NCBI GenBank assembly: GCA_965203295.1
Contig: CBDBCZ010000018.1
Coordinates: forward strand, 704,001 to 768,000
Length of the DNA stretch: 64,000 bases
Origin: Nitrospirales bacterium
GTDB lineage: Bacteria > Nitrospirota > Nitrospiria > Nitrospirales > UBA8639
Direction of reading: 5' to 3'
Positions within the stretch are counted from its first letter, which is position 1; the number at the start of each line of letters is the position of its first letter. The notes below the pieces were generated by a model. That model had not been told where the DNA came from. It saw only the letters and a program-made list of their open reading frames with translations, and did not search any database. Positions 12,301 through 24,881 of the stretch are shown in pieces. Both the position numbers and the translations under genes were made by a program.

Positions 12301-15300
12301 TCAACAACAACTCCACAAAATTGGATGATGCACGGGTGCCTTAGCTGGTTGAGAATTTCAATCTGCATACAAAAAAAAGAAAAGAAGCATCTCTACAGAA
12401 TCCCAAATATAGAGGCATGCTTGTTTCAGCATTATATAATGCTAGACCTCTGTTTTGTTGATCATTCCAGGCACTCTTTTGATTGCCACGTCCATGTCTC
12501 TGGACTTCCAGTGTCCTCTGTAGACAACACCAGATGCTCCCTCTCCCAACTCCTCCCCAATCTCTAGGTCAGAGAAGCTGATTTCCGGCACGGATCCTTC
12601 TGTCAGCGAATGACCACTGATGTCATCAGCTTTGGTTTGTGTAGCTTCTGTTGGCGTATGCATTCAGTTGTGAATGGTGTGGAAAGTTGTATACAAGTAC
12701 AAGATTAACACTCAAGTGACACAATATCAATCCAATATTACCTACCAGAACGATACACAGTAGACTCTCCTATTGTCAACTCGAGTACACTGTGGTGCCG
12801 AAGAAAAATAACATTTCCTTTTTTTATGTCATCTGCCATTTTGGTTGCTAGTGATGGTGGAACTAGCCAGGTGGTGACTATAGACCCTTTCGCAATATCT
12901 GCCAGAATGATGGTAAACTCTGGAAAGGAATATTCAAGAGCAAGATCTTGGCGATATCTTTCGATATCATTCAAAGTAGCTGTGGTGGAGTTTAGGCTGC
13001 CATGTTTGACAGTGATCTGTGCTAGGCTCTCCCTTAACTCGCTAGGAATCTCAGGGCATTTTCTTGTGGCTGGAGTTGCTTTCCAGAACACTTTCAAGGT
13101 CGTTTCTTTTTGAAAAGCTTCTACTGATGTGGTGTACTTCAGCATTCTTTGTTGCAATTCATCATCGCCATAGACTCCCACGAGGTGACCAAGCAGGCTA
13201 GAGTTCAAATAACTCCATATGCGACTTAAACTTAAGATATCAAAAATTTCATCGATACTTTTGGCATTGGATATGAATGGAATCTTTTCCATCAGGCTAG
13301 ACTCCATTTCTGATCTGATGGGTTCTGGCAGGCGGAGTGTGATCTTAGTACGGAACTGTGTGAGAGTGGGCGATTTTGCTTTGACTGCTTCCTGTGTCAT
13401 TATGACCAGCTCTTCGTACTCATTTTGTAGATATTTTATCCTTCTTTTTGTAGTTGTCACTGCATCTGACTCCATTTCCTCTAATATAGATGATAAGAAG
13501 TTCTGTTATGTGATATATTCAGCAGAAGTACTCTTACACTATTTTAGGCTGAGTAATACAAAAGCTCCTCTTATCTATTTACAGCTAGTTAATTAACAAA
13601 GAAAATAGAAGTTGTGGTAACTATCAGCTCTTAAATTTCTTTTGCCTTGAGAGTGAGACAACATTAGTAGTTAGATACATCATATTGAATCTGATGAACA
13701 TTGTACTGGCAATGCTCTATAATGGATAATCATTAGGCTTACTGTAGCCATCTATGTATACTACATGTATACAGTAATTAAATTCACCAGGATGTTGTGA
13801 TTAACTGCACTTTTTCACCTTAGACAGTCCTTTGATTTCAACATGGAGCCTGTACATGTGTAATGGTTTACTAAAGGAGTAGCATGTTTTGTATATTCCT
13901 AAATTGCTATGTTCTCTGCAGTGGTTTACTTGAACTAAGCAAAGCTTAGGAGCATTTGTATTTATTACTTTCTTTGAGCAGCTTATAGACAGACATACCA
14001 TGGCTTTGGGGAATCTTGGTGACATCTGTATCCCCTAGAACTGACAGTGAAATGCCTATAAGTGTGTAAAGTGTGTAAATCAAACCTCACTGCATGGTAG
14101 CTGCTTATGGGGAAGTTTTACACCCAATTACCTTGGGTACTGCAAACTGACTCAGCCAGCTTCCTTTTTCCAATGCTAGCCAGTGCTCTCACCAGCGTCT
14201 CATAGGTCGGGTTGGCGTCACCTCTCTGCCACTCAGCGAACATCCTGACCTTGCACATATCAGCATCTCGTGGATACTTTTTCTCAATCATGTCTAGGTC
14301 ATCTGCCCTGACTCCCAACTGTAGCCCGAGCCTATACCACACTGCTGTCATGCCAGGAAGTTGGTCCAGCTCTCGAAGGGTGGGAGAGTGATCACCTTCA
14401 TCGGAATAATAACAATAAGCAATGGCTCAAATCAAACAGTCAAAGAGCTACACTATATGTGTGTAGGAGTGTAGCTGAAAAGTTGCTCATTAATCAATGT
14501 CATTTTTTACATTATTGTTATCTTGTGAAAAAAGTGGAAAGACAAACAATAAGAACAATGCAGAAAAGGCTTTGGAAAACAAGAAAAAGTAAAATTCATA
14601 AATCACTTTCATCTGTGATTCATTACACTCGTACTGCTACTGCTCTTCTAAATTTTCCATTAGTGACAAAATAAGTATTACATTTTGCTTTTTTTGAAAT
14701 TCCCTTGGACGTAGCAGAATTAAATTTAGACTTTGTGCTGTGGTGATAAGGATTTTATACTTTCTTACTGCTCAATTTTGATAACTAATGATGCATCACA
14801 CTAATCCTGATCGTGAGGACCTACTATAGATGAAGTTCAAAAACATAATATTATTTTGATACTGCGAAATGTAAGTAAGCACATCTATATACTTTTGATT
14901 ATACAGTCATGTCATCACATAAAAGCTCGCTATGTACTTTCCAAGGGATTATGCTGATAGATGTGTAGCGGTTGTGATTAACGTTTTTGTCTTGCTCAAT
15001 ATATGTAGCTAAATACTCGTACGGAATTCTAAATTAGAGATTATGTGCTTCTAATTTTACATTTGCTGCTGTTGCTAAGTTTGTGGCATATCACGTACAC
15101 ATAAATGATCTTGTATAGCATTGTCTACTGCTTACGGGTGCCTGCCTGAGTGATCTCTGCAGTCTTTACAGGTCTTGTAACTGTAGCAGAAGCATCTGGA
15201 GAGACAATAGTTATGGTTGCGTTACTGAGTTGCACAGCCAGTAGTGGGTATATGTGGTAGCTAGCATTCTTAAACCACTCATAGCTACAATTTAGATTTC

Positions 15301-18300
15301 TGTAGACAAGTTCTCAAATTGTCCCACTATCTTTCTAGTCAGACTCATTGTTATACTGCTAAGCTGAATGGTGACGCTTTATGGTTCTGCAGTACCAAAT
15401 ATATGATTTCAAAGTATGATGTCATTGCGTGTACTCGATATATTATGAAGGGAAAAAATACAAGACAATTAACTAAACATGTCGTCCATGCTACTGGATC
15501 TCTTGTTCAAGTCTCCCTTCAATGTTTGCAGCTTTTCTCATTTTCCTTGCCACAGTATGACCTAACAAATTGGTTTGTGATGCAACAGAATGGCTATAAA
15601 CACTAAACACTTACCTTTCTTTAAAGTGTGCATTTCAATGTGGATTGTACGCGATATAGAATTATCAAGTTGATTGTGATTATAAAAATTGTTCCCAAAT
15701 CACAGAAACCAAATTGTATGTATAACCTTACTGCATTCATTGGTCACTAACAGTATGACTGCATTGTTTTTCTACTTTATTTGCAAATGGATGACCATGA
15801 AGGCTCCAACAGGTATTAGACCATTGATGAATAATTAATGAGGCAAAAGATTTGATGTTTTGGCGTGCCAGGAGTGTTTATAACACTAAGAGACTCATGC
15901 ATAATTAATGAGGCATTTATATCACTAAGAGACCTCTGGGAGAGGTGTCTTAGTGGTATAAAGACCTCATTAATTATGCATGAGCAGCAGATTTTCAACA
16001 AGTCAGTGTCACAAGTAGAGGCCAGATCGGCCAACGTGCATGCAGAAAACACGCCCAAGAAGCACAGGTAGAGATATAGCCATATGCCAAGATATTCTAC
16101 TGCAGCAGAGCGTATTTACACTACAGAAACCTTCTATACCTTGCTCCAAAGGGTCAGTAGGCAAGCTAGCTAGCATGGAGAAACTCGATTAGAGTTCCGT
16201 AGCATTATCGACGGCTGCATACCACACATTCAAAAAGCAGTCTGCTGGATTAGTAGGCACGCTCTCCAGTACGGGAAGGCCCTAGTATGTTCTCCGTAGA
16301 GCTAGTAGTACCGATGGTTGCATGCTAAACAAGACTAGGAAGCAACTCACTGTTATACAAGTTGAGTTTTGTTCGTTGAATGATCCTAGCTCTTTTTGGA
16401 ACTAAGCGCAAGCTATTCCGCAGATTTTTGCCAGAAGCGCCATAGTTTTTCCAGCAATTCGAGAGAGAATCCTCCTCCACAACTAGCCATTCTCGCCGCG
16501 TTTGAATGCAAAATGTTGACGTCATAAGCAGGTTACCATGGAAATTTTCCACGTTTGACGTCATCAGAACGTTACCATGGAAATTTCTCACGGTTTGACG
16601 TCATTTCTCATGGTCTAAGCCAGTTAGACACCTCGTAAGGTTTCTCTCGGTTTTGACAACCTTAGCACTTAACATAATTACCTCGGCTATGGGTAATTCC
16701 ATGCCAAATCAACACAAAAAAATGACGACCCCCTCAGATTTCCACGAAACTTGGTACATATGTACCCTATGTGAAGTTATTAATTTACAGTGATTATTAG
16801 CCTCACACGTTGTATGGCTTCTGTGTTACAGCCAGCCAAAAACTCAGTTTTTCGTCAAATTTTCGGCTACCTGCTTCTACATAATTGACCATAACTATTA
16901 CTACGATTGTCTGTGCAAGATGAAAATTGCACCATCTTGTACCTTAGTAGATACCTTTTCAGCTGATATATTGCAAGTGATAATTTGATTATGTTGAGGT
17001 CAAAGGTCATGGTTTATATACTTGACCTTTGCCCCCTTGAAAAACGGATTCTTCAATTGTTCTAATTTCTTTCCAAATGTTCTCTAGATCTTCATGTTGA
17101 GATGGTATTATTTTTATTTTGGGACTGCCATGGGATTAGGAGATACAGAGAGTAGCGCAATAGCCAGTAGGGTGTTTTTCATGTATGTCCACACATACTT
17201 ACCCCATACTGGGATTTGTTTTGGTGTGAGGTCAAGTACTACATGATCTGGGTGAGCAGACTGATTTAATACACTCATTATACATGTAGTGAGTTATAAT
17301 TTGGTACATTCCTGAAAAAAGGTGGGAATAAAGTTGCACAAATCCACAAGATTTCCGCAATCAAACAGAGCTCTCACACATGCCCATTTTCATGCATTAT
17401 TCTGACTAATACTCCTAACACAGTGGAATGCAGCTCTCGGAGAGCGGTCTGAGATGAGAGCATGCTCAATCAACTCGAATGAGGATCAGTGCATGCTTGC
17501 TCCCTCTATAGGCATTTGACTTAGCTAGCTAACAGCTTGGTGACTGGGCAGTTGCAAAGTGATACCTACAAAGTTATCCTTTCACTTAGCTAGCTGCTAG
17601 CAGTCTCCATTCGATTTTGTGTGCAGTTGCTCCACCCCACATTGTGTTTAATTGGAACGTGCACCTCTGAACGAGGTTTTTGCGGCTTTGGGCCAAAAAA
17701 CGAGCCTGCGCCTGATAGCGCAAGTGCGCTACATAACGAAGTGCGCCTGATAATCCGAGTCTACGGTAATAACATTACAAATATTTATACTACACATTAA
17801 CAGTTTCATCAGACTTGCAAAATCTACCAAACGCGATAGCCCCACACATTGTAGACGAATGTCTCATATGTCTACCATAATAATAACATTACAAAATATT
17901 TGTACTACACATTAACAGTTTCATCAGATTTGCCAAATCTATACTAAACGCGCTTGCCCCACACACAGAAAATGAACGTCTCCTATGCACAGTACCTGTT
18001 GTTTGTTGAGCCCTGTGTTTCTCAGCGATCTGGCTAGCCAGTGCAGGGTTGGCACCGCCGGCTGGGTCTCCCACCACCTCCACCAGCCTCTGCCAGCTCG
18101 GCTCTCCAAATCTTCTCACGTTGTAGTTCTTCCTCAGCCACTCGGTAAGCATGTCGGAGAGACAATTATCTACCTTGTGAAGGTGTGAGGCAGCTATGCT
18201 GTCTAGTACACCAACTTTTAACCTCAGGGCCTGACCAACAGCCCTCCATTTTGCAGCAATGGGTAGGACCTCTTTCAGAACATCATAGAAGTCATCATCT

Positions 18301-19023
18301 AAATCTGATGTAAAAATATCAGACAATATAATAGTTTATTATTACTAACTTTATCAAAAAGTGCTAAAACCATTCATGTAGGGATACGCTACCACAAAAA
18401 TAAAGGAAACAAGCGATAACTTACACCGCAATGGGTTAACCAACTATCTACACATCACAGCCCAATGCATTGCAGAGTAGTTAACTACAAATCACAGTGC
18501 AGTATGTTTATGGAGGCCATCCTGGTTAAGGAGATGTAGGAAGGATGGCCTCCGTAAACACACTGCGCTGTCTGTACATGAATGGTTTTTGCACTTTTTG
18601 ATAAAGTGCTTTTTCTGCAACTTGTTTTTGGATGTTTTATTAGGGGGAGGGGGGGGTGACATGCTATTGACCACCTGCTACCATGTATAGGTTAAATGCA
18701 GCTGTGGAGCAAAAGCTGCTTAGCTTCTGCAAATGAGCTGATGCAGGAAATGTGTAGGTATTTCAGTCATTTTGATCTGTAAATGTTACTTAGCTAGTTA
18801 ACATCAACAAAAAACAAACACACTACTTGTTCAGGAAGGCATACAAGCACACACAACTGATGTGTTTGCACGGACCGTACACATGTAGTTACTTCAAAAT
18901 CATTATAAGGATGCATAAGATGCCAATGGCACTATGTATGAAGAGCATCATCTCCTCACCAAGTGGTGTAGCGTCAACTTTGCCACTGTCTCCAAACACG
19001 TCTGAATCTTGGTGTTTAGCCAT
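2453..19023 (-). CDS. Gene 1 (spliced model, ~1070 aa): Death-Death-DED-like/TRADD-N-like module-TKL Ser/Thr kinase-Kelch propeller
   Basis: Phase-compatible GT-AG exons: 19023-18960, 18304-17996, 15195-15136, 14395-14132, 13480-12746, 12647-12448, 12362-12266, 12172-12074, 11885-11829, 11635-11607, 11021-10938, 10663-10523, 10053-9979, 9264-9168 (or 9171/9219), 3354-2453. An in-frame TGA lies just upstream of the ATG at 19023. The kinase-Kelch join is the least certain part; unspliced read-through would stop near 9150. Confidence 0.7.
4030..4377. mobile_element. MITE-like insertion with imperfect CAGG- TIRs
   Basis: caggtctgtcggaa ... ttccgaaggccctg. Absent from paralogous positions at ~25375 and ~31065. 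No clear TSD. Confidence 0.6.
5099..5733. mobile_element. Kolobok-like non-autonomous element with TTAA TSD
   Basis: TTAA|GGTTAGGCCCAACCGGAAGT ... ACTTCCTGTTGGGCCTAACC|TTAA. Internal ~38-bp inverted repeat at ~5318-5355 and ~5418-5455. Confidence 0.75.
6277..6874 (+). mobile_element. Internally deleted pogo/Tc1-mariner-like element with remnant HTH
   Basis: TA|CCATATAGCCGGAAAA ... TTTTCCGGCTATACGG|TA. Position ~6524-6650 reads RGKYNTHTQERAQIGKYAADNRATKAATHFSKLL, resembling the N-terminal HTH of pogo-type transposases. Confidence 0.7.
8461..9046. mobile_element. MITE with ~33-bp imperfect TIRs
   Basis: aggccagaccaagttgaccttctgtttcacgga versus the reverse complement of the right end, aggcctaaccaaattaatcttcggtttcacgga. 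Confidence 0.6.
9168..12647 (-). CDS. TKL-group (MLK/ZAK/RIPK-like) protein kinase domain of gene 1, 9 exons
   Basis: Spliced translation gives LGEGASGVVY, VAIK, E in helix C, HRDLKSSNVLL, KICDFG, GTYRWMAPE, SDVFSYG, CWKTDPKARPRF. All canonical catalytic motifs are present. Confidence 0.93.
12746..13480 (-). CDS. 245-codon phase 1-1 exon: helical/DED-like region followed by a putative TRADD-N-like alpha/beta region
   Basis: Open exon with tattag|AG acceptor and G|GTAGGT donor. WSYLNSSLLGHLV resembles DED-like motifs; IILADIAKGSIVTTWLVP resembles the strand-GS-strand motif of TRADD-N. Domain names are inferred by eye. Confidence 0.65.
14132..14395 (-). CDS. Death domain exon 2 of gene 1 (phase 1-1)
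   Basis: WYRLGLQLGV..DLDMIE..CKVRMFAEW..PTYETLVRALASIGKRKLAE fits the Death-domain pattern. 264 nt. Confidence 0.9.
17768..17990. repeat. ~115-bp diverged tandem duplication in an intron
   Basis: taataacattacaaa...tactacacattaacagtttcatcaga occurs twice, at ~17768 and ~17881. Confidence 0.75.
17996..18304 (-). CDS. Death domain exon 1 of gene 1 (phase 1-1)
   Basis: KWRAVGQALRL..LDSI..CLSDMLTEWL..EPSWQRLVEVV..ANPALASQIA. 309 nt. Confidence 0.9.
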
Positions 19024-19484
19024 TTCTCAGATCACAGCACAAGCCTGCTCTTTCGTTTGGAATCTCACACTTTCTCTTCCAACTGCGCTGGAGTCACTAT
19101 GCATTCAGGAGTCCTCCTTGAAGAATACCCATGCATATCACTGTAAACATTTGAGTGGTTACTACAGTTTCAGGATATACAAGGTGGGTCACCTGATATG
19201 ATACTGCAGGAATAACAAAATGGCTAGAGCTTTCCTTGTTGCTAGTGCTACAAAGGAAACTCAACTGCTTTGTTGTTCCTACAGCTGTGTATGTAGGCAT
19301 CAGAGATCCCAGATGATTTACGTATTTACCATAATTATAGGAACAATGAAAGCACAGAAGTGCATAACCCTCGGCGTGATTATTGCAAAATACTAAATGA
19401 TTATGCTACACTTGGCATCTAGGTTGAGAAAATGCTACCCGTAATCTTACGTTTTGTGTTACATGGGTTTCTAAGTTATTTGTT

Positions 19485-19590
19485 TTTGTATATCCCATAG
19501 TATCTTCTTTTTCTTTGTATCCCATAGTATCTTTTTTGTATCCCATAGTATCTTCTTTTTTGTATCCCACAGTGTCTTCTTTTTGTATCA
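19485..19590. repeat. 21-27-bp tandem repeat (TGTATCCCATAGTATCTTCTTTTT)
   Basis: About 4 copies are visible. Confidence 0.8.
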
Positions 19591-19790
19591 ATAGTATATC
19601 GTCTGTTACTCTTTTATAATCTCATGCATGGGCAGAAGACACAAGCTAAAAGCTGAAGGCATACGTACATGTCAGCAGCTCGATATGGGACCGGAACGAA
19701 ACCCTAATTCACCTACAGAGCTAGCTAGCCCACGTAATAGTTTAGAGTGGTCGTATGTACGTATGACGGCATTAGAAACAGTGGCTAACC

Positions 19791-19822
19791 TAGCCTCATA
19801 CCCAGGCCAGGGTACGAGGCTA
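19791..19822. mobile_element. 32-bp TAG...CTA hairpin, possible minimal Academ-like MITE
   Basis: tagcctcatacccaggccagggtacgaggcta flanked by an imperfect 9-bp repeat (tggctaacc/tggctagct). Confidence 0.5.
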
Positions 19823-20107
19823 TGGCTAGCTGTAGCCACATGGAACTTCACAGCATCAGTAGTCCTCCAGGTTCAGAACCAGGGGCTAACATCTGTTTCT
19901 TGCTTTCCTGGTACATTTATACTAAACTTAGTTCTTGGTGTAGCTAGTAGTGCTCTAGTGTGTAGCAATATATAGACCTGAAGATACCTGAAACCATAGC
20001 CAGCTAGAATTGAAAGTTGTTTTGCAATTGAAGACACATACTTAAGAGTGTTGGTCACTGTTGGACATATTGGTACTCCTATAAGTAGCCACTTCTGATG
20101 TCTACTG

Positions 20108-20286
<179 letters not shown>

Positions 20287-20384
20287 GTGCCACTAGCTAC
20301 TGTCTCACAATGAAATGCATAACATAATACTATACACATACCACACTATGTTCCAGCTTATAGCATACACAGTCATCACCAGTG

Positions 20385-20700
20385 ACTCACCAGTCAGTTT
20401 CCAGGAGCTGGTCTTGAGAACAGTAACTTCAGTACACTCAACACTCACTCAGTAGGCCGTCTTCTAACACTGGCTCAGTAGGTAGTATTCTAACACTCAC
20501 TCAGTAGCTAGGTAGTGTTCTAATACTCACTCAGTAGGCAGTGTTCCAACACTCACTCAGTAGCCTGTGTACTGTTCTAACACTCACTCAGCAGGCAAAG
20601 CTATAACACCCACTCAGTATGTAGGCAGGGCTGTAAAATGCTATATCAGCCAGCAGTAGGCTACACTGCTCTACACTCACTATACAATAGCAGGACATTC
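20385..20700 (-). promoter_or_regulatory. Putative 5' non-coding exon/promoter of gene 1 with a ~26-bp tandem repeat; paralog at ~40595-40830 for gene 2
   Basis: G|GTGAGT donor near 20390. ACACTCACTCAGTAGGCAGTGTTCTA repeated about 7 times. A homologous block lies upstream of gene 2. Function is inferred from position only. Confidence 0.4.
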
Positions 20701-20773
20701 CCCACTCCCCACACACATACCAGCAGACGTTCATTAGCTATAGATCAAATTACTGATTGCATACCTTAAGCAA

Positions 20774-21292
20774 CCAGAAGTCTCTAGCACAGACATACCC
20801 CGGGGTGCATAATTATTCACAACTTGGACCTGGCAGGACTGCAGACTGGGGTTATGGAGTAGTTGGCAAAGTGTATATCGCTGGTTATGACAGAGTATCC
20901 GCACGCAGAGTGTACAGCGCTTGTGTATGCGTATCTGTATACATGTATATAGATACCCTATGGGAAGTGGTGGGCGTGACTATGAACACGTGACCAAAGT
21001 CCGTATATGCCCTGCCTCTATCGTATTCTAGTTATGACTGTAATAAAATGGCCCGTTGTTAGAAAGAGCTGCAGATGCAGCAAATGGAACCGCTTTGGCA
21101 ACTAGCAGGTACACACCCGGACATTTTTTTTGATTTCAATGTTACTGTGGTGTTTAGCAATCGCTTAACTCTGTAAATCGCGAGATAGGCCGATTTTTGA
21201 GTGGACAGACACCGGACAGACAGACGGACGGACGGACGGACAGACAGAACCAATCGCTTAACCCCGCCGCCGCCTACGCGCCGCGGGGTAAT
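20774..21292 (+). mobile_element. HINE/DINE-1-like (Helentron-associated) non-autonomous element
   Basis: Absent from the paralog at ~41135. Contains a (GACA/GACG)n microsatellite followed by a terminal hairpin accccgc...gcggggt and AATAA. Confidence 0.55.
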
Positions 21293-21310
21293 AATGCATG
21301 CATGTCTATC

Positions 21311-21982
21311 ACTAGGTGAATGCAAAGCATTGTGGGGCGAGCGTGAGCGAGGTACTAGCCCATGCGTACGTTAGCGGCGACGCGCCCTCAGCAGCTTTTT
21401 TGGCTCCTTCTCTCGTTTCAGTGTCACTGTCGGTGGCTTGGGGAAATGACAACTCTTCTGGCTCTAGAACTCGCTCTCTGCTGTTCCAATGTGACTTATC
21501 GCCAACCTGGGGATATATACGGCAACGCTGTAGCCTTTGCCGCTGCCGTTTACTCTGTGAGAGCATCCCTAAGCTAGCTGCACTGCAGCCACCGCGGCCA
21601 CGTGAACAATTTGGAATATTACGGAAACTATTTGAAACGGATAAATAGTATGCAGAAGTATACGTACATGTACGTACATTTTATAAGCAAAACTTCATGA
21701 AAAAAGAAAAATAAAAAACAAAAACAAAAACAAACAAAAGGCAAGGGTAAAAGAGTCACTGTACTCCATCCACCTCAGAGGAGTGGATGGGGAGTCGGCC
21801 GATCCATAGGGTGGCGTTACCCCTCCATAGCCGGATGGCAAGCCGCTGGAACAGATGCCGGGTGGCGAGCGAGAAACGCGAAACGGTATGTGCGTACGTA
21901 CGTACGTACGTACGTACACTGTACGCACAGACAAATTCTCCATTGAACACACTAGTGTGGGGCTCGCTCACGCTCGCCCAAC
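21311..21982. mobile_element. Non-autonomous element with subterminal inverted repeats and an (ACGT)n microsatellite (HINE-like)
   Basis: gggcgagcgtgagcgag versus ctcgctcacgctcgccc. (CGTA)n at ~21893-21916. Absent from the paralog at ~41150. Confidence 0.55.
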
Positions 21983-22698
21983 CCAACTACAGTTTGGTAG
22001 GAAAAGGTCAAGGTTCAGTCTGGTGTCCCTGGTGCTGAGAAGACTTTAAATACTAGCTACTGAAACTACTGGGAAGAACGTCAGTGAGCCTTGCACCTGG
22101 CCAGGCTAGTGTGGCCTCGGACCGGGCTAGGGTGCCCCCGAACTGGGCTAGGTGCCCCCAGACCGGGCTGGGGTGGTCCTGGACTGGCATAGCAATATTA
22201 TTATGATCAACAGCAGAATACAATTGTTTCCCAATTGATCACACGGATATCTCGAGCTTTTCTTCCGCATGGTAGAAATCACTTGATAAACTTAATGGCC
22301 AGGTGACTACTGTAATGTAGATGAATTTCTCCTCCCCTTCCCCTAAGGAATACACTACAGCTGGAATTTGGCCAGTAGTGAATTCAGGATAGTACCAATT
22401 CTTAACCTGTACCCTTTCACAGGTGGATTTAGACACCTAGCTGCTTCCATAAGGCCCATAAAAGGATATTAGGCATTCATATAGACTAAGTATGGGCTTT
22501 CTTTGGGCAGTAAAGTGGCCTCTACCAATGAAAGGGTTAGCGGGTCCTTATAGTAACTGTTAGTGAAGTGGTAACATTCAGCTTTTGTGCAGCTTCCAGC
22601 CAAGCCATTCATTGAAAGAAAAATCATTCATCATACAGATTGGTGAGGCTTAAGACACAATTTCCAGATCACTAACAACAATCTATTGCTACTATTGA

Positions 22699-22973
22699 TC
22701 ACAGTCTACTGGGGTCCAGTTTGACTGCCAGAGCATACTGCTTGCACTCTATCAGAGCTCCAGCCAACACCTTCCTAGCTCTCAGTGGCCGTCTCCTGCG
22801 CACCCACTCCACCAACAAAGCAAACAAAACATCCTCCGCTGGTATCTCCAGTATCCTGGCTTCAATCTCCATCACTGAGAATCCCAGACTGATGCCCAGG
22901 GTGGACACGTCTTGGAGAGAGAGATCGGTCAGCTCCTGTGCCAGCTCTATTACTTCAGTAACGCTGAGTAAGT
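22699..22973 (-). CDS. Death-domain terminal exon, copy A (phase-1 acceptor, ends in TGA)
   Basis: ttctatacag|AC TTA CTC; DLSLQDVSTLGISLGFS..VLFALLVEWVRR..RKVLAGALIECKQYALAVKL. Near-identical to 49256-49530. Confidence 0.7.
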
Positions 22974-23983
22974 CTGTATAGAAACAACAGCATGAAGTGG
23001 ATTACTGACTACAACCGCTAAAGACCTGATAGTTCCCAGACTTTGTTGTTAGAGTTTCGTATGAAGGAACACAGTCACTGTGAAGCTAGGGCCAAGGTGG
23101 TGTGTTGGTGTGTGAGGGGGTTCATCAACCACACGAGCAATGAGCAAATAAATGCATCACTAATGTGTTCCCACATTCTTGTTCAACAGTGGGAACCAAT
23201 TCAGATGATCCACTAATGTGTTTTCCACATTTTTGAAGCACTCCCTCTCTCACTATAAAAACAGACTATCCAAATTGGTTAGTATTTCTTATCAATTAAA
23301 GAACATGGAAACACATTAGTCATACAACATTGTAGGTTTAAATTTCTGCATTTATGATGAACTACCTCCTGACACACACACACTGATTTGGCTTTAGCTT
23401 TGCTATGTTCACGCATTCAAACTCAAACAACCCCCCACTGTAACAATAATATAGTAACAGTGCAGGCACCGTACATACATGTAGTCCTGCAGAGAGATGT
23501 TTGTACCTTCATGCAGCTTTTGTGAAGGAAAGAGCTTTTATTGCATAGCTGTGAGTTGCAAATTATACAGAGCGAAACAGACATGTCGACAACAGGAGGC
23601 AAACAGCTGGTCAGTGCTAATATAGAGCTGGCATGTGTTGTTCTTAAAGCCTTTTCACCCATGCGGGTCGAAAAAGCTCTCTGTACTGCCAACTACCGTG
23701 CTAAATTATGGCGGCTGGACCCTTCAAAGCATTTTTTGGCTCATTTGTTGCCTTTTCCTATGTAAGCCTGAGCCGTGCGTAGGCCAGGGTCAGTCGCCAC
23801 AGCGGGGTAAGTGGCCACACCAACTGCTATTGTACCGTAGATAGCCGCGCGGTGGTCATGGTGGTGGAAAAAAACTTTTCTAGCCTCGAAAAAGACTTTT
23901 ATATCGGAAAATACAAAAACGTAAACAATAAACGACAACAAACAAGAAACAAGATTGCAACATGGAAAGTACAAGAAAACAAT

Positions 23984-24881
23984 TTAAACAACATTGCCTA
24001 TTTCTACTTTAGTATCTCCTCCCCAACCTCCACCTGCAATTAGTTGGTTGCTAGGCAACACAACTACTAGTGTCCGGAATCGAGGTGCAGCCATGTGTCC
24101 CATGTCTTGCCAGGAGTCAGAGGTAGGGTCGTAGGCAACATTGGCTGAAGTGTGCTTGTCATGTTTATCACACCCACCGATAGCTAGTAGCTGGCCTCCG
24201 ACACTAACCGCTGTAGAGAAGTAGTAAGGTGCGTCAGCGGCTTGTCGCCATACTACTCTTGATTGGCTGTTTCTTACTGTTGATGTAGTAGATCAGTGGT
24301 GAGAACTGACAGAGTTCGGTCGCCATTCTGATCGTAGCCACCCAGCAGGTAGAGTAAGTCTTCACACACTGTAATGGAAGCCCAGTACATCGGGAGTGGG
24401 AGGGAGGCGGCTGAGGACCACTGCCATAACTCAGTGTCCAGTATTTCAACTGCACTCACTCTCCTGCCACCATCACCACTCCCCCCGGCGGCTATCACGT
24501 TCCTCCCCCTGCACACTGCTGCAAGCCAGTAGCGTGCCGTGGGCATCCGTGGGAATAGTTCCACCCACTTGCTGTCCTTGCCCTTCCCAATGAGGCTGGC
24601 TAGGGAGTTGGTGGGTCGGCCATTGTATTCTCCCCCTCCCACAGTAGTGAGCCTCCCCTCTGCCATCACCAGGGCGGAGTTCTTGCTAGGGCAGTCAAGT
24701 AGTCGCCACCATTGCTGTTGTTGTGACTCGTAGCAGTACAGCGCAGTAGAGCCATAAGGGTTGAAGTAGGCCATGTTCCCGTGGGAGGCAGCAGCTCCTC
24801 TCCGCATGCTCGCTGGTGCATCTCTGGCTTTCCGCCATCTTATTCCTCTGATAGTGATCCGCTGTTGCCCAGTAGCCTGCC
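23984..24881 (-). pseudogene. Kelch terminal exon, copy 2 (disrupted)
   Basis: Same acceptor as copies 1 and 3. Carries a 9-bp deletion at ~24300, a CAA->TAA stop at 24274-24276 and a 1-bp frameshift at ~24255. The last blades remain recognisable. Confidence 0.88.

Noticed and set aside
15610..15700. Extra exon of gene 1 ending at AAG|GTAAGT (~15615)
   Set aside because: Good donor, but I found no suitable upstream acceptor with an open frame.
23423..23974. Short ORFs (ELACVVLKAFSP..) repeated near 2013, 23541 and 29084
   Set aside because: Frames are not preserved among the three copies. This is duplicated non-coding flank of the Kelch exon.
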